Source of the DNA: a virus
Lineage: Duplodnaviria; Caudoviricetes
Virus record (IMG/VR): IMGVR_UViG_3300033066_001917
Span: 32,001-96,000 of that record
Reading direction: 5' to 3' (one strand)
DNA: 64,000 nucleotides
This document shows positions 8,566 through 17,172 of this stretch, one piece after another; the first letter of the stretch is position 1; every line of letters starts with the position of its first letter. The position numbers and the translations under genes are program-made. Under the pieces are notes generated by a model. The model saw only the letters and a program-made list of their open reading frames with translations, ran no database searches and was not told the origin of the DNA.

Positions 8566-8901
8566 ATGAATACCCACCCCACATTTGAATCTTTCCACGC
8601 AGATGTTGTTCGCACTTCCTCTACCTATGAGGATCCTCTCCGCGAACTTTCAGTGATTGCTCTAGGTTTGGCGGGTGAATCGGGTGAGGTGGCCGAAATG
8701 GTCAAAAAGCACCTGGGTCACGGTCATGTCCTTGACAAAACAAAACTTGTCAAAGAACTAGGTGACGTTCTATTTTATTTGGATTGGGCTGCTACCCATA
8801 TGGGTATAACCCTAGCCGAAGTTGCTCAGATCAACATGGACAAAAGGCTGGAGAGATACCCACATGGATTCGAACAAGCACGCACCTACCACAATGGATA
8901 G
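8566..8901 (+). CDS. MazG-like nucleotide pyrophosphohydrolase
   Basis: LGLAGESGEVAEMVKK...ELGDVLFY...N.DK..RYP.GF. Confidence 0.92.
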   Translation: MNTHPTFESFHADVVRTSSTYEDPLRELSVIALGLAGESGEVAEMVKKHLGHGHVLDKTKLVKELGDVLFYLDWAATHMGITLAEVAQINMDKRLERYPHGFEQARTYHNG

Positions 8902-9694
8902 GGAAGATCGAAAATCCGTAGCCCTCAAAACCAGACGCATTATTAGCGATGGGATCTATGAGGGACCCGGGGGGCTTATCAACGACATAAGCTCTGATGT
9001 GTCTTATGCCCGGAAAAACACGACGTCCTTTGGACCCGTCATCTTAACGGGTCCGCAACGAGGAGTTAGATCCCTGACGGCACCCAAAATTTGGACGGAG
9101 AGAGTTGACACTCTGGTGGCAGCAGAAAGAATGGTAAAAGCAGGGGGCAGACCGGCCGTTCTTAACTTCGCTTCTGCAAAAAATCCCGGTGGTGGATGGG
9201 AGAGAGGGGCTACGGGACAAGAGGAGTCTCTAAGCCGTCGGAGTGCATTGGTAGCCGCGCTTGAAGGTAACAGCGAATACGCGGATACCGGAGAAAATAC
9301 CCTTTATAGATCGTGGGTCATCTATAGCCCCGATGTTCCTGTTATACGGGATGAGCACGAGATTCTCCTGGATACTCCGTGGAAATGCTCGTTCTTGACA
9401 TGCCCGGCCCCTAACCTGGAGGGGAAATTAAGCGAGAAATTGCTGGGGACCGTTGACCGTGTTCTTCGGCAAAGAATTGACATGATACTGAGAGTTGCCT
9501 CCATCCATGGTCATAGGAGATTGGTCCTAGGTGCCTGGGGATGTGGTGTTTTCAAAAACAACCCGAAAATGGTAGCCCTGGCTTTCAAATCTTTGCTAGA
9601 TGAGTACAATGGGTATTTCCAGGAAGTTGTTTTTGCAATCTTAGGGTCCGATGAGACCTATCAACCTTTTGCGAAAATATTTGGAGGAGCGTGA
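8894..9694 (+). CDS. TIGR02452-family microbial PARG-like macrodomain protein
   Basis: VLNFASAKNPGGG...GQEESL.R.S, IYSPDVPVIRD, LVLGAWGCGVF.N. Confidence 0.92.
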   Translation: MDREDRKSVALKTRRIISDGIYEGPGGLINDISSDVSYARKNTTSFGPVILTGPQRGVRSLTAPKIWTERVDTLVAAERMVKAGGRPAVLNFASAKNPGGGWERGATGQEESLSRRSALVAALEGNSEYADTGENTLYRSWVIYSPDVPVIRDEHEILLDTPWKCSFLTCPAPNLEGKLSEKLLGTVDRVLRQRIDMILRVASIHGHRRLVLGAWGCGVFKNNPKMVALAFKSLLDEYNGYFQEVVFAILGSDETYQPFAKIFGGA

Positions 9695-9981
9695 TGAACC
9701 TAGCAACAGTCTGCTTTACATACAAAGGTGGGAACAAAGAAAAAGCCCTTTTGATCACCAGAGATCAACTTTTTGATTGGATCCCATTGGGTGACAACCA
9801 ATGGATTCGAAGCAGATTTGGTTCCATGGACGAGGCCAAGAAACACGCGGATCATCTCAATGAAACGGTTGGGGATTCCTTGTTCGAAGCAGTGGCTGCG
9901 TCCGTGGACGTAAAATTACCCCACGTACCGAAGCACCCCAAAGTTGCGGACTGGGATGCGAATGGTTCGCCCGTCGAGTGA
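9691..9981 (+). CDS. hypothetical protein
   Basis: GTGA overlap with the upstream gene. Confidence 0.6.
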   Translation: MMNLATVCFTYKGGNKEKALLITRDQLFDWIPLGDNQWIRSRFGSMDEAKKHADHLNETVGDSLFEAVAASVDVKLPHVPKHPKVADWDANGSPVE

Positions 9982-10013
9982 CCAAAATAGAATGACCCAG
10001 AGTAAATGGGTCC

Positions 10014-11333
10014 ATGGTTCTCGTTGAAGATGTTCTAGTTGAAACCTCTTGGACTTGCTCTCACTGCAAAAATGAGATTGAGGGAGCTACCTCCCACGAG
10101 GGTCAATCTCTTATCTGTCCAAAATGCGGTGCACCTAAGAAAAACGAAGAGTATGTAATTCACGGTGACCCAACCAAAGACAAGATACTCGAAGAGGGTT
10201 GCGTTCCGGAAGGGAAAAACTGGGAATGTGAGTTCTGTGGGGGGGAATCCCGAACTGACAGAATCACATGCTCCCGTTGCGGAGCCAAGAGAAAGGCACC
10301 CCTAGCAACGGGCCACCAAGCCACCACGGATGTAATCCGTGAAACCACCCACCAAACAACCACCCCTCCGGTTTCTCCCGTAGAACCTGGAGACTTTGAG
10401 AGTAGAAAGGTGCCCCCATCAACACCTCTTCGGGCCGTAGGGTCGGGATCCAAAACCCGTTGGGTTGGTTGGTCCGCAACAGCTTGGGCCCTAGGGGTGC
10501 TAACCCTGGGAATATTGGCCGTGGTAGCACTGATCCTTGGGGTCGTGGCCGGGATTGGTTGGCTAATGACCCCGCAAAAAACAACTGCGATTGTTGAGTC
10601 AATCCAGTGGCAAAGGACGGAAACACTCCTGGAGCTTCGGAGACATCCCGGCAGTGGATGGCGTGACGACAATGGGAACGGGAAAGATGTCCTACGTTGG
10701 GGGTCATGTGAAACCCGTCAGGATGGAATGATGGATTGCAACCCCTACCGATGCAACCCACACATGGAGGAGGATACAACACAATGCACGGGGGGAAATT
10801 TTGAGCAGTACAATTGTCGGTTGGTCCCGGAAAACTACAACTGCCGTGACGTTCCTGATAGGTCCCGTTGTCGGGTGAACTACACCAACAACGGAAATGG
10901 CACGGCGAGACGCCAGACATTTTGTGAGACCAAACGTGAGTGCCAGACTCGAAATGTATCCCGTTGTGACACCAGAAGGGTCCCTCGGGTATGCCAGAGG
11001 CATTTGGTATACAATACTTGCTACAATCGCTGTCCCAGAATGAGAACTTGGTGCAATTATACCTATCAGTCTTGGGACGTGATCACGACGCAAGCCCTCA
11101 GTGGTAATGACCACTCTCCCCGTTGGTTCGGACTGACCACAACGGGTACAAACCAACGGATTGAACAATCCGAATCATTTCTGGTGAACTTCCGGGACAC
11201 AACGGACCACTCCAAAACCTGGACAACCCACCCGACAGTCCATGATTATGAGTCTTATCATGTGGGACAAAGGTGGGAACTATCTTGGGTGAGAGGTGGG
11301 CCTATCATGCCCCTTCGTCTTCTCGTGAATTAG
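10014..11333 (+). CDS. membrane protein with two N-terminal zinc ribbons and a Cys-rich C-terminal domain
   Basis: WTCSHC..CPKC, WECEFC..CSRC, long hydrophobic segment, Cys-rich distal domain. Confidence 0.8.
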   Translation: MVLVEDVLVETSWTCSHCKNEIEGATSHEGQSLICPKCGAPKKNEEYVIHGDPTKDKILEEGCVPEGKNWECEFCGGESRTDRITCSRCGAKRKAPLATGHQATTDVIRETTHQTTTPPVSPVEPGDFESRKVPPSTPLRAVGSGSKTRWVGWSATAWALGVLTLGILAVVALILGVVAGIGWLMTPQKTTAIVESIQWQRTETLLELRRHPGSGWRDDNGNGKDVLRWGSCETRQDGMMDCNPYRCNPHMEEDTTQCTGGNFEQYNCRLVPENYNCRDVPDRSRCRVNYTNNGNGTARRQTFCETKRECQTRNVSRCDTRRVPRVCQRHLVYNTCYNRCPRMRTWCNYTYQSWDVITTQALSGNDHSPRWFGLTTTGTNQRIEQSESFLVNFRDTTDHSKTWTTHPTVHDYESYHVGQRWELSWVRGGPIMPLRLLVN

Positions 11334-11337
11334 CCAG

Positions 11338-11364
11338 TTGGTTTCCCCTTCCCCTAATCGATAT
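11338..11364 (+). promoter_or_regulatory. putative phage promoter TTG-N18-CGATAT
   Basis: motif copy. Confidence 0.7.
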
Positions 11365-11381
11365 AGAGCTGAAGGGAAACG

Positions 11382-11759
11382 GTGAACGTCATGATGAACG
11401 ATAAGACCCGTGCGGAACTTTGTGAGGAAGCGGCAACGGAGCTTCGCCGTCTTCTCTGGGGCCCCAAGGCCCCCAAGACTTCACGCGGACGTGATTCGCA
11501 GACGGCGAAGAAGCGTGGACCGATCATCCAGATCTTCTGGGACCTTTCCCCGGATGATATCAAGAAGTCGGACAAGTCCTACGAGGTGGTCCACAGCCTT
11601 GTGGACATGGTGTGGGAGCGTGAGTACCTCATGAGCTCTCAGGGGGATCGTGTCGTCCAGGAGATGACCGATTTTCCCCGCATGTGCCAGAAGTACCTCA
11701 TCCTGTGCGATGTCGCTCTCATGGGGAAGAACCTCCTCGGCCCGAAGTCGACGGACTGA
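11382..11759 (+). CDS. hypothetical protein
   Basis: follows the promoter motif; GC-rich third positions. Confidence 0.65.
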   Translation: MNVMMNDKTRAELCEEAATELRRLLWGPKAPKTSRGRDSQTAKKRGPIIQIFWDLSPDDIKKSDKSYEVVHSLVDMVWEREYLMSSQGDRVVQEMTDFPRMCQKYLILCDVALMGKNLLGPKSTD

Positions 11760-11788
11760 AAAGTTCCGAGAAAACTAGAGAGGGACCC

Positions 11789-12010
11789 ATGAAATTCAAC
11801 GGCGTGAAAATGTTTGAGACCGTCGCAGCGGCCGAGTCCCAAGCCAGCAAGATGAACGCCAATAGCGGCAACCCCTGGGCGAAGTCGTACGTGACAACCC
11901 AGGTCTACAACGATGAGGGTGAGACGGGGTTCGGGATCATGAATCTCGGTGACCGCTCCGTCTATGGGGTCAAGGGGGAGTACGTGAAGGGAAGTCGCTG
12001 GGACACTTGA
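11789..12010 (+). CDS. hypothetical protein
   Basis: GAGGG RBS before the ATG at 11789. Confidence 0.65.
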   Translation: MKFNGVKMFETVAAAESQASKMNANSGNPWAKSYVTTQVYNDEGETGFGIMNLGDRSVYGVKGEYVKGSRWDT

Positions 12011-12019
12011 GGCAATAAC

Positions 12020-12046
12020 TTGAATCTTGTCCCCCTCGACCGATAT
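12020..12046 (+). promoter_or_regulatory. putative phage promoter TTG-N18-CGATAT
   Basis: motif copy. Confidence 0.7.
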
Positions 12047-12214
12047 AAGGGCGGAGAGAACAAAATGACGCATAAATGCGAAACTGCTCCCCGCCTTTAT
12101 CCCAGTCGGTACGGTAACGAAGGGGATGGTTCCCGCCAGCGGGATGTGCTCTGTTCACCCAAGGATGTGGATCCTGACACTTGCCCGTATCAACCCTACA
12201 ATGAGTGTGGTTGA

Positions 12215-12400
12215 ATGCTTACAGTGAAAGAAGCCTTGCGCCAATATGGTATGCTTGCCGGTGTTGTAGAACGTACGGATAAAGAAGAGACAAAAGTATA
12301 TGCGTTGTACCAGTTTCTGGTGAACTCTGGAGAAGACGTATGTGAACCAGAAAAAAGAACAACCAAGCTACCGCCGTGGTGGCACGAGGAAAAGGACTGA
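12215..12400 (+). CDS. hypothetical protein
   Basis: ORF tiling. Confidence 0.5.
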   Translation: MLTVKEALRQYGMLAGVVERTDKEETKVYALYQFLVNSGEDVCEPEKRTTKLPPWWHEEKD

Positions 12401-12461
12401 CACCAACGATTTTTCAAACCAGACAACCCTAGTTTGCGTATATAGAGAGGCAAGTAGGTAT

Positions 12462-12533
12462 CGGAGAGTAGCCTAGAGGTCAGGCGCCAGTTTTGGGAAC
12501 TGGATCAGGCAGGTTCGAATCCTGTCTCTCCGA
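12462..12533 (+). tRNA. tRNA-Pro(TGG)
   Basis: CGGAGAG/CTCTCCG acceptor stem, CCAGT-TTTGGGA-ACTGG anticodon arm, GGTTCGAATCC T-arm; CCA not encoded. Confidence 0.93.
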
Positions 12534-12546
12534 CTGATAGATAGAT

Positions 12547-12618
12547 GCGAGCGTAGTTTAGTGGCAAAACCTCTGGCCTACACCCAGAAGACTGCAGGTC
12601 CGATTCCTGTCGCTCGTA
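12547..12618 (+). tRNA. tRNA-Val(TAC), atypical (C33; TCC in the T-loop)
   Basis: GCGAGCG/CGCTCGT acceptor stem, TCTGG-CCTACAC-CCAGA anticodon arm, GCAGG-TCCGATT-CCTGT T-arm. Confidence 0.8.
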
Positions 12619-12664
12619 CCGAACCGATAACGTACCTATGGCCGAACCAATGTAAGAGGTTCGT

Positions 12665-13333
12665 ATGCCACTACGTTGCACGGATGATGAATTCAGAGCC
12701 CTAGCTCTCAAACACACTACTCGGACTGGAATTCTGCGTGAGTTGGGTCATCCAACCAACCAGGGTGTCTTCAATCGGTACGTGAATGAGAAAGCCAAAG
12801 CGTTGGGGTTGGATACCACCCATTGGATGGGAAGCAAAGGTAACCGGGTGGGGCCGAAGATTCCCCTAACGGAGCTTTGTGTCTCGGGTAGAGCGGTGTC
12901 CAGTGTGACCCTCAAAAAACGGTTGTTTAGGGAGGGGATCCTAGAGAATTGCTGCTCCAAGTGTGGGTTGGGTCCGGCGTGGCAGGGAGAGCCGTTGTCG
13001 CTGCACCTAGATCACATCGACGGATGCCATACCAACAACCAGCTATCAAACCTCCGAATCCTCTGCCCCAACTGCCACACCCAAACACCAACCTACGGAT
13101 GCAAACGCACCAGGGTTATCCGAAAATGTGCGTGTGGTGCAGTGATGCACCGACATAGCGGTCAGTGCTCGAAATGCTCCAACGCCTCGAAACCATCTAC
13201 TCCGAAAATCGAATGGCCTTCGGTCTCGGAGCTCACGGCACGAGTCGAAGCAAGCAGCCGAGTGCAAGTGGCAAAAGAGCTCGGAGTGTCCGACACAGCC
13301 ATCAGAAAACACCTCCGCAAACATCAAAAGTAA
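12665..13333 (+). CDS. HNH homing endonuclease (free-standing, next to tRNAs)
   Basis: CSKCG...LHLDHIDG.HTNN..SNLRILCPNCH; C-terminal zinc finger and HTH. Confidence 0.92.
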   Translation: MPLRCTDDEFRALALKHTTRTGILRELGHPTNQGVFNRYVNEKAKALGLDTTHWMGSKGNRVGPKIPLTELCVSGRAVSSVTLKKRLFREGILENCCSKCGLGPAWQGEPLSLHLDHIDGCHTNNQLSNLRILCPNCHTQTPTYGCKRTRVIRKCACGAVMHRHSGQCSKCSNASKPSTPKIEWPSVSELTARVEASSRVQVAKELGVSDTAIRKHLRKHQK

Positions 13334-13353
13334 ACACCACCAGGAGAATCGTC

Positions 13354-13713
13354 ATGCACGATTTCAATCTTCAGTCCTCCGTCTACGGTCGTGGTCCCAA
13401 CGAGTACAAGGTCGTCCTTGGTTGTGCCAACCTGGAGTACACGGGTGGGTATGAGCAGACATTCCGCGTCCGCGCCAACAACTGGCGCGAGGCCAAGCGG
13501 TACGTGGAGAACCTGGATCCCTTCCGCATCTGGAAGGACTACCCCAAGCTCCTGACGGAGTGTGGGGGAGATCCCTTCGTCCGCCGTGTCTTCGACCGCA
13601 ACCGCAAATATTTCGAGACCACCTACCGAGGGTCACGGCGACTGGAACCGTTTCCTTGCCGAGCGCGAGGAGTACCTCACTACCAATGGCTGGACGGTCG
13701 AGGAGTTCCTTGA
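13354..13713 (+). CDS. hypothetical protein
   Basis: AGGAG RBS before the ATG at 13354. Confidence 0.65.
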   Translation: MHDFNLQSSVYGRGPNEYKVVLGCANLEYTGGYEQTFRVRANNWREAKRYVENLDPFRIWKDYPKLLTECGGDPFVRRVFDRNRKYFETTYRGSRRLEPFPCRARGVPHYQWLDGRGVP

Positions 13714-13743
13714 CCGCTCCGACGTTTTCACGGAGAACTGAAT

Positions 13744-14094
13744 ATGACCATTCGCGACACCCCCAACCTGAACGCACTGGCGGCAGAGTTTCGTTTTCTC
13801 CGCGAGGCTGAGGAGCTTTACCTCCGCCTTCACTGGTACGAGACACATCGGGTACCTTCGGGTTCCGAGGTTTTTCCGTTTTTCGAGCCGTACGCCCCGA
13901 CGGATTTCATGTCCGAGTACGAGCGGCTTCAGGGGCATTACCAGGAGCTTCAGGGGCATTACCAGGAGCTTCAGGGGATCCTCTACTGTGGTAAGGGCAC
14001 GGTCTACGATCCACCCGAGTGGGTGACAACCCCGGCCGCCCACACTCTGTGGCGCCGAGCGCACGACTTCATGGGTTTCGACGATTCGGAGTAG
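13744..14094 (+). CDS. hypothetical protein with a heptad repeat
   Basis: GGAG RBS; ends in TAG. Confidence 0.65.
   Translation: MTIRDTPNLNALAAEFRFLREAEELYLRLHWYETHRVPSGSEVFPFFEPYAPTDFMSEYERLQGHYQELQGHYQELQGILYCGKGTVYDPPEWVTTPAAHTLWRRAHDFMGFDDSE
13926..13977 (+). repeat. 21-bp tandem repeat, about 2.5 copies (LQGHYQE)
   Basis: GCTTCAGGGGCATTACCAGGA twice plus a partial copy. Confidence 0.9.
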
Positions 14095-14097
14095 ATC

Positions 14098-14346
14098 ATG
14101 TTCACACCCCCTCAAAACCCCCAGGATTACCGCAATACCTTCTCATCCTGGCTTGCCAAAGACCCCAAGGCCAAAGAGATGTGGGTCAAATACCACACGC
14201 TCCGGACCAAACTCGATGCCTCGGTCTACCGTAAGGGTCCGGTCATGACCCCGGACGAGTTTGCATCCTACAACGAACTTGTTAGTTGGTTTCATCATCA
14301 GGGTGTGCGGATGCTTTGTACCTGCACCTTTCCTGTCAACGTCTGA
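14098..14346 (+). CDS. hypothetical protein
   Basis: GGAG RBS; in frame with the upstream ORF across TAG-ATC. Confidence 0.65.
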   Translation: MFTPPQNPQDYRNTFSSWLAKDPKAKEMWVKYHTLRTKLDASVYRKGPVMTPDEFASYNELVSWFHHQGVRMLCTCTFPVNV

Positions 14347-14353
14347 GGTTTCC

Positions 14354-14800
14354 ATGCGTACAAAACAACAGCTTGAGGCTGCGGCCGATACCCGTCGACT
14401 TCACCGGATCAAAGTCCAGGAGGACCGATTGGTCCGTCTGATCCGTTCCATGGGGGTTCATTGCTCCGTGGATCACACAACCCATGTCATGGAAGTGGGG
14501 TACATGACCCGGGAGATCCAAATGGGGGAAGGAGCCGTCAAAATGGGGGGCGTTTGGTATACCTACCCCAAGCGTCGCACTCGAAATGGTGGTAGTCAAC
14601 GGCTGATGGACTTCATCAACGGTTTTTGCCAGACAAAGGCAACCCTTCCTCCATCGCCACCCAAAACCCTTCGGACCAACATCCAAGGGTACATCCGAGG
14701 GGTGCAAAACAAACTGGGTCAAGACCCTGACTACGATCGCTACCTTACGGGACAACTGGATGCTCTGCGGTGGGTGCTCCGCGGAATGAAGAATCCATGA
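14354..14800 (+). CDS. hypothetical protein
   Basis: GAGG RBS. Confidence 0.65.
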   Translation: MRTKQQLEAAADTRRLHRIKVQEDRLVRLIRSMGVHCSVDHTTHVMEVGYMTREIQMGEGAVKMGGVWYTYPKRRTRNGGSQRLMDFINGFCQTKATLPPSPPKTLRTNIQGYIRGVQNKLGQDPDYDRYLTGQLDALRWVLRGMKNP

Positions 14801-14982
14801 CTTTTCGTCGCTATCGACACAGGCTGAACAGATTTCTGTTTTCTGGTTCAAACCAGAGGACGGCATTTCTGATGGCTTGCTCCGTCGTTCTTTTCTACTG
14901 TGGGGCATTTCTGGTCATTTGGTTTCAGTATAACTGACCGAAATCTGCTTTCTTACCGTAATACCTCATCGAGGAAGAAACC

Positions 14983-15372
14983 ATGAACACATCTAGCCTC
15001 TTTGCGGCCCGTCAACGTGGTGAGAAGTTCTGGGAAGACCAGAATTCTATTAGCGCCGAAGGGCTCCTATCCCTTGGAGTGGACGTTTCACTTCCCAAGT
15101 ACCGGATGCTGGTCCGTACCCCCAAGGGCACTTTTCCGCAGTGGCAGTTTCGGTACAAGAACTACCCCGACGAATACACCGTGATTCCTGGTGTTCGGGA
15201 GGTTATCACTGTCCTTCGTGTTAAAGGACAGACTGATGCCGGGTGTGCTCGATTTTTTCTTTCTCACAATATTCGGTTGGGTGGTGCCCCCATTGATTAT
15301 CTAGGAAAAGGTCGGGACCCTTGTGTTGTCCTGGAGTGTGCAATGGTGTTCGATGAACATGGCGCGCAATGA
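14983..15372 (+). CDS. MbcA/ParS/Xre-type antitoxin-like domain protein (orphan)
   Basis: FPQWQF...PGVREV...FFLSHNIRLGGAPIDYL..G pattern. Confidence 0.6.
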   Translation: MNTSSLFAARQRGEKFWEDQNSISAEGLLSLGVDVSLPKYRMLVRTPKGTFPQWQFRYKNYPDEYTVIPGVREVITVLRVKGQTDAGCARFFLSHNIRLGGAPIDYLGKGRDPCVVLECAMVFDEHGAQ

Positions 15373-15541
15373 GCACTAGAGAGCTTCGATCAAGAAAGAG
15401 ACATTTCAGGGTCTATGCATTTTCCGCCCTGCAGTTTCTTTCGGCTTTCTCAATTGGCTTTTTCGTAGATCCTCTACCCCTGGCTATCCTAGTGCTGGGG
15501 CTCCACACCGGAGTCAGTATCTACATCTACAGCAAAGTCCT

Positions 15542-15727
15542 ATGACAAAAATCATCATTCTGGAAGCGCCTTCGGGCGCCAATCAGTCGGAGTCGTGTAG
15601 AGAGTTCATTCGTCGACTTGGCGGAAAGCTACCTTGGACCAGCCCCCCATACGAAGATATGGATGCTGTTTTTCGAGCGGTGAAACTGGAGTCCATGGGC
15701 TTCAAAACTGGTTTCCATGTCGTATAG
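15542..15727 (+). CDS. hypothetical protein
   Basis: ORF tiling. Confidence 0.45.
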   Translation: MTKIIILEAPSGANQSESCREFIRRLGGKLPWTSPPYEDMDAVFRAVKLESMGFKTGFHVV

Positions 15728-15741
15728 GGGATGAGGGAACA

Positions 15742-16068
15742 ATGATGCGTGTGAATACAGCAAACGGTTGGCTGGACGTTCGATTTGAGCGTCAGGGTAT
15801 CTGGGAGATCATGGGGAACAGCGCTACCTCGGGTACCCGTCCAATGATGGACCGTATCAACCTGGGGTATTCCCCCAAAGGGGATGGTGTCGTCGACCTT
15901 GACGAAGGCCGAAGCGATGAGTCTCAGTGTTTCGGGATTTCGGGCCACATTCGGGTGGATGGGAAAGTGGATCTTATCGGGCGACGGATCCTAGCAAACT
16001 CCGAGCAGGAGATGGTGGAATCCCTTACCAAAGTCACTCTTCTGGCTTGGTGCCCTGGGGATCTGTGA
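15742..16068 (+). CDS. hypothetical protein
   Basis: GAGGG RBS. Confidence 0.6.
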   Translation: MMRVNTANGWLDVRFERQGIWEIMGNSATSGTRPMMDRINLGYSPKGDGVVDLDEGRSDESQCFGISGHIRVDGKVDLIGRRILANSEQEMVESLTKVTLLAWCPGDL

Positions 16069-16901
16069 TCACTACAATGGAAGTAGCGGATCTCGCGGAT
16101 TATCTGGAGAGGGAAAACATCACTCCGGAGCAGCGCGAGAGCCTAATCCATCAGGCAGAAGTGGCGGTGATTAAGGATCCTATCCTTCGCGATCGAATCA
16201 CTCAATCACTCATTCGTCACGCGCTGGATCTCCGAAACTTTCCTTCCTCCTATACTCTTTGGTCTGCCATCCGGCGATTTGCTTCGATGGTTCCAATTGA
16301 GCAATCGGACGTACTCCTGGAGTTCATGCGCCCGGAAGACGAATCGAAAACAATCCAAGCCGCTATGGAAGGGGTTTTCTCGATTTACTCTGTGGATCCT
16401 TTCAGAAATACCGATGTTTCAAATCGTTTGCGGAAACGAGTCCTGGAGCTAGCCACCATCTGGATCAATCCGGCGAAAGTTGTTTCTTCCGGAGATGCAG
16501 CCCTTGCTCTGGCCTGCTACAAAGCCTCCCTTGCCCTTCGGGCAGATCCAGAAGGGTCACTGTATGAAGGGATTCAGAGTCTCAACCGTAGAGTTATCTT
16601 GAACCTGGCAACGGCTGCTCGAAAAGTAATCGATGACCAGGAGGCCCGGATAATGAAACCCATCCTTGAAGGTTCCATGGAACCCGGCACGGATCTCGGA
16701 GAGAAAAGATTCTATCTTCCAGGGATCACACTTAAGTTCACATGCCCGAAATGTGGCCATACCTACGCTCGGGATATGGGTGATAACTACCTTTCCTACC
16801 CCAAAGTAGGTGTCCCCATTGTCCGATCTGCCCACTGTGGGGAATGTGAACACGAGTGGAAATATGAACTCAAGCTGAATGTATCTTTGGAGGTGCTGTG
16901 A
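16065..16901 (+). CDS. hypothetical protein with C-terminal zinc ribbon (possible internal start at 16653)
   Basis: GTGA overlap; CPKC...CGEC. Confidence 0.65.
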   Translation: MITTMEVADLADYLERENITPEQRESLIHQAEVAVIKDPILRDRITQSLIRHALDLRNFPSSYTLWSAIRRFASMVPIEQSDVLLEFMRPEDESKTIQAAMEGVFSIYSVDPFRNTDVSNRLRKRVLELATIWINPAKVVSSGDAALALACYKASLALRADPEGSLYEGIQSLNRRVILNLATAARKVIDDQEARIMKPILEGSMEPGTDLGEKRFYLPGITLKFTCPKCGHTYARDMGDNYLSYPKVGVPIVRSAHCGECEHEWKYELKLNVSLEVL

Positions 16902-17170
16902 TGGAACCCATGTTCTCTAAATACCCAGGTAGCCCATGGGATGAGGTTCCCGATGCTCCGGAGTTCTGTGTGGTTTGTAGTGGTAATCTCCCTGAAGACG
17001 CCGGGGGTGTGATTATAGGCTACGCGGACGATGGGTGCACGTGCTCCGAGAATTGCCACCAGAAGTGGATCCAGGATCAGGAAGAACACCGTAAAGCGGA
17101 GCAGGAAGCATCCATAGCTTTCGCGGAACACTGCGCCGAAATGGCGCGCATGGTAGAAGAGGGACAGTAA
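16898..17170 (+). CDS. hypothetical zinc-binding protein
   Basis: CVVC...CSENC; GGAGG RBS. Confidence 0.6.
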   Translation: MMEPMFSKYPGSPWDEVPDAPEFCVVCSGNLPEDAGGVIIGYADDGCTCSENCHQKWIQDQEEHRKAEQEASIAFAEHCAEMARMVEEGQ

Positions 17171-17172
17171 AA

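Noticed and set aside
7972-8584. Minus-strand ORFs over the tmRNA
   Set aside because: The region is explained by the tmRNA and the plus-strand ORF 8295-8543.
12632-12664. A third tRNA starting GTACCTATGGCCGAA
   Set aside because: No anticodon arm or 3' acceptor strand, and no second half after the HNH gene; at most a remnant.
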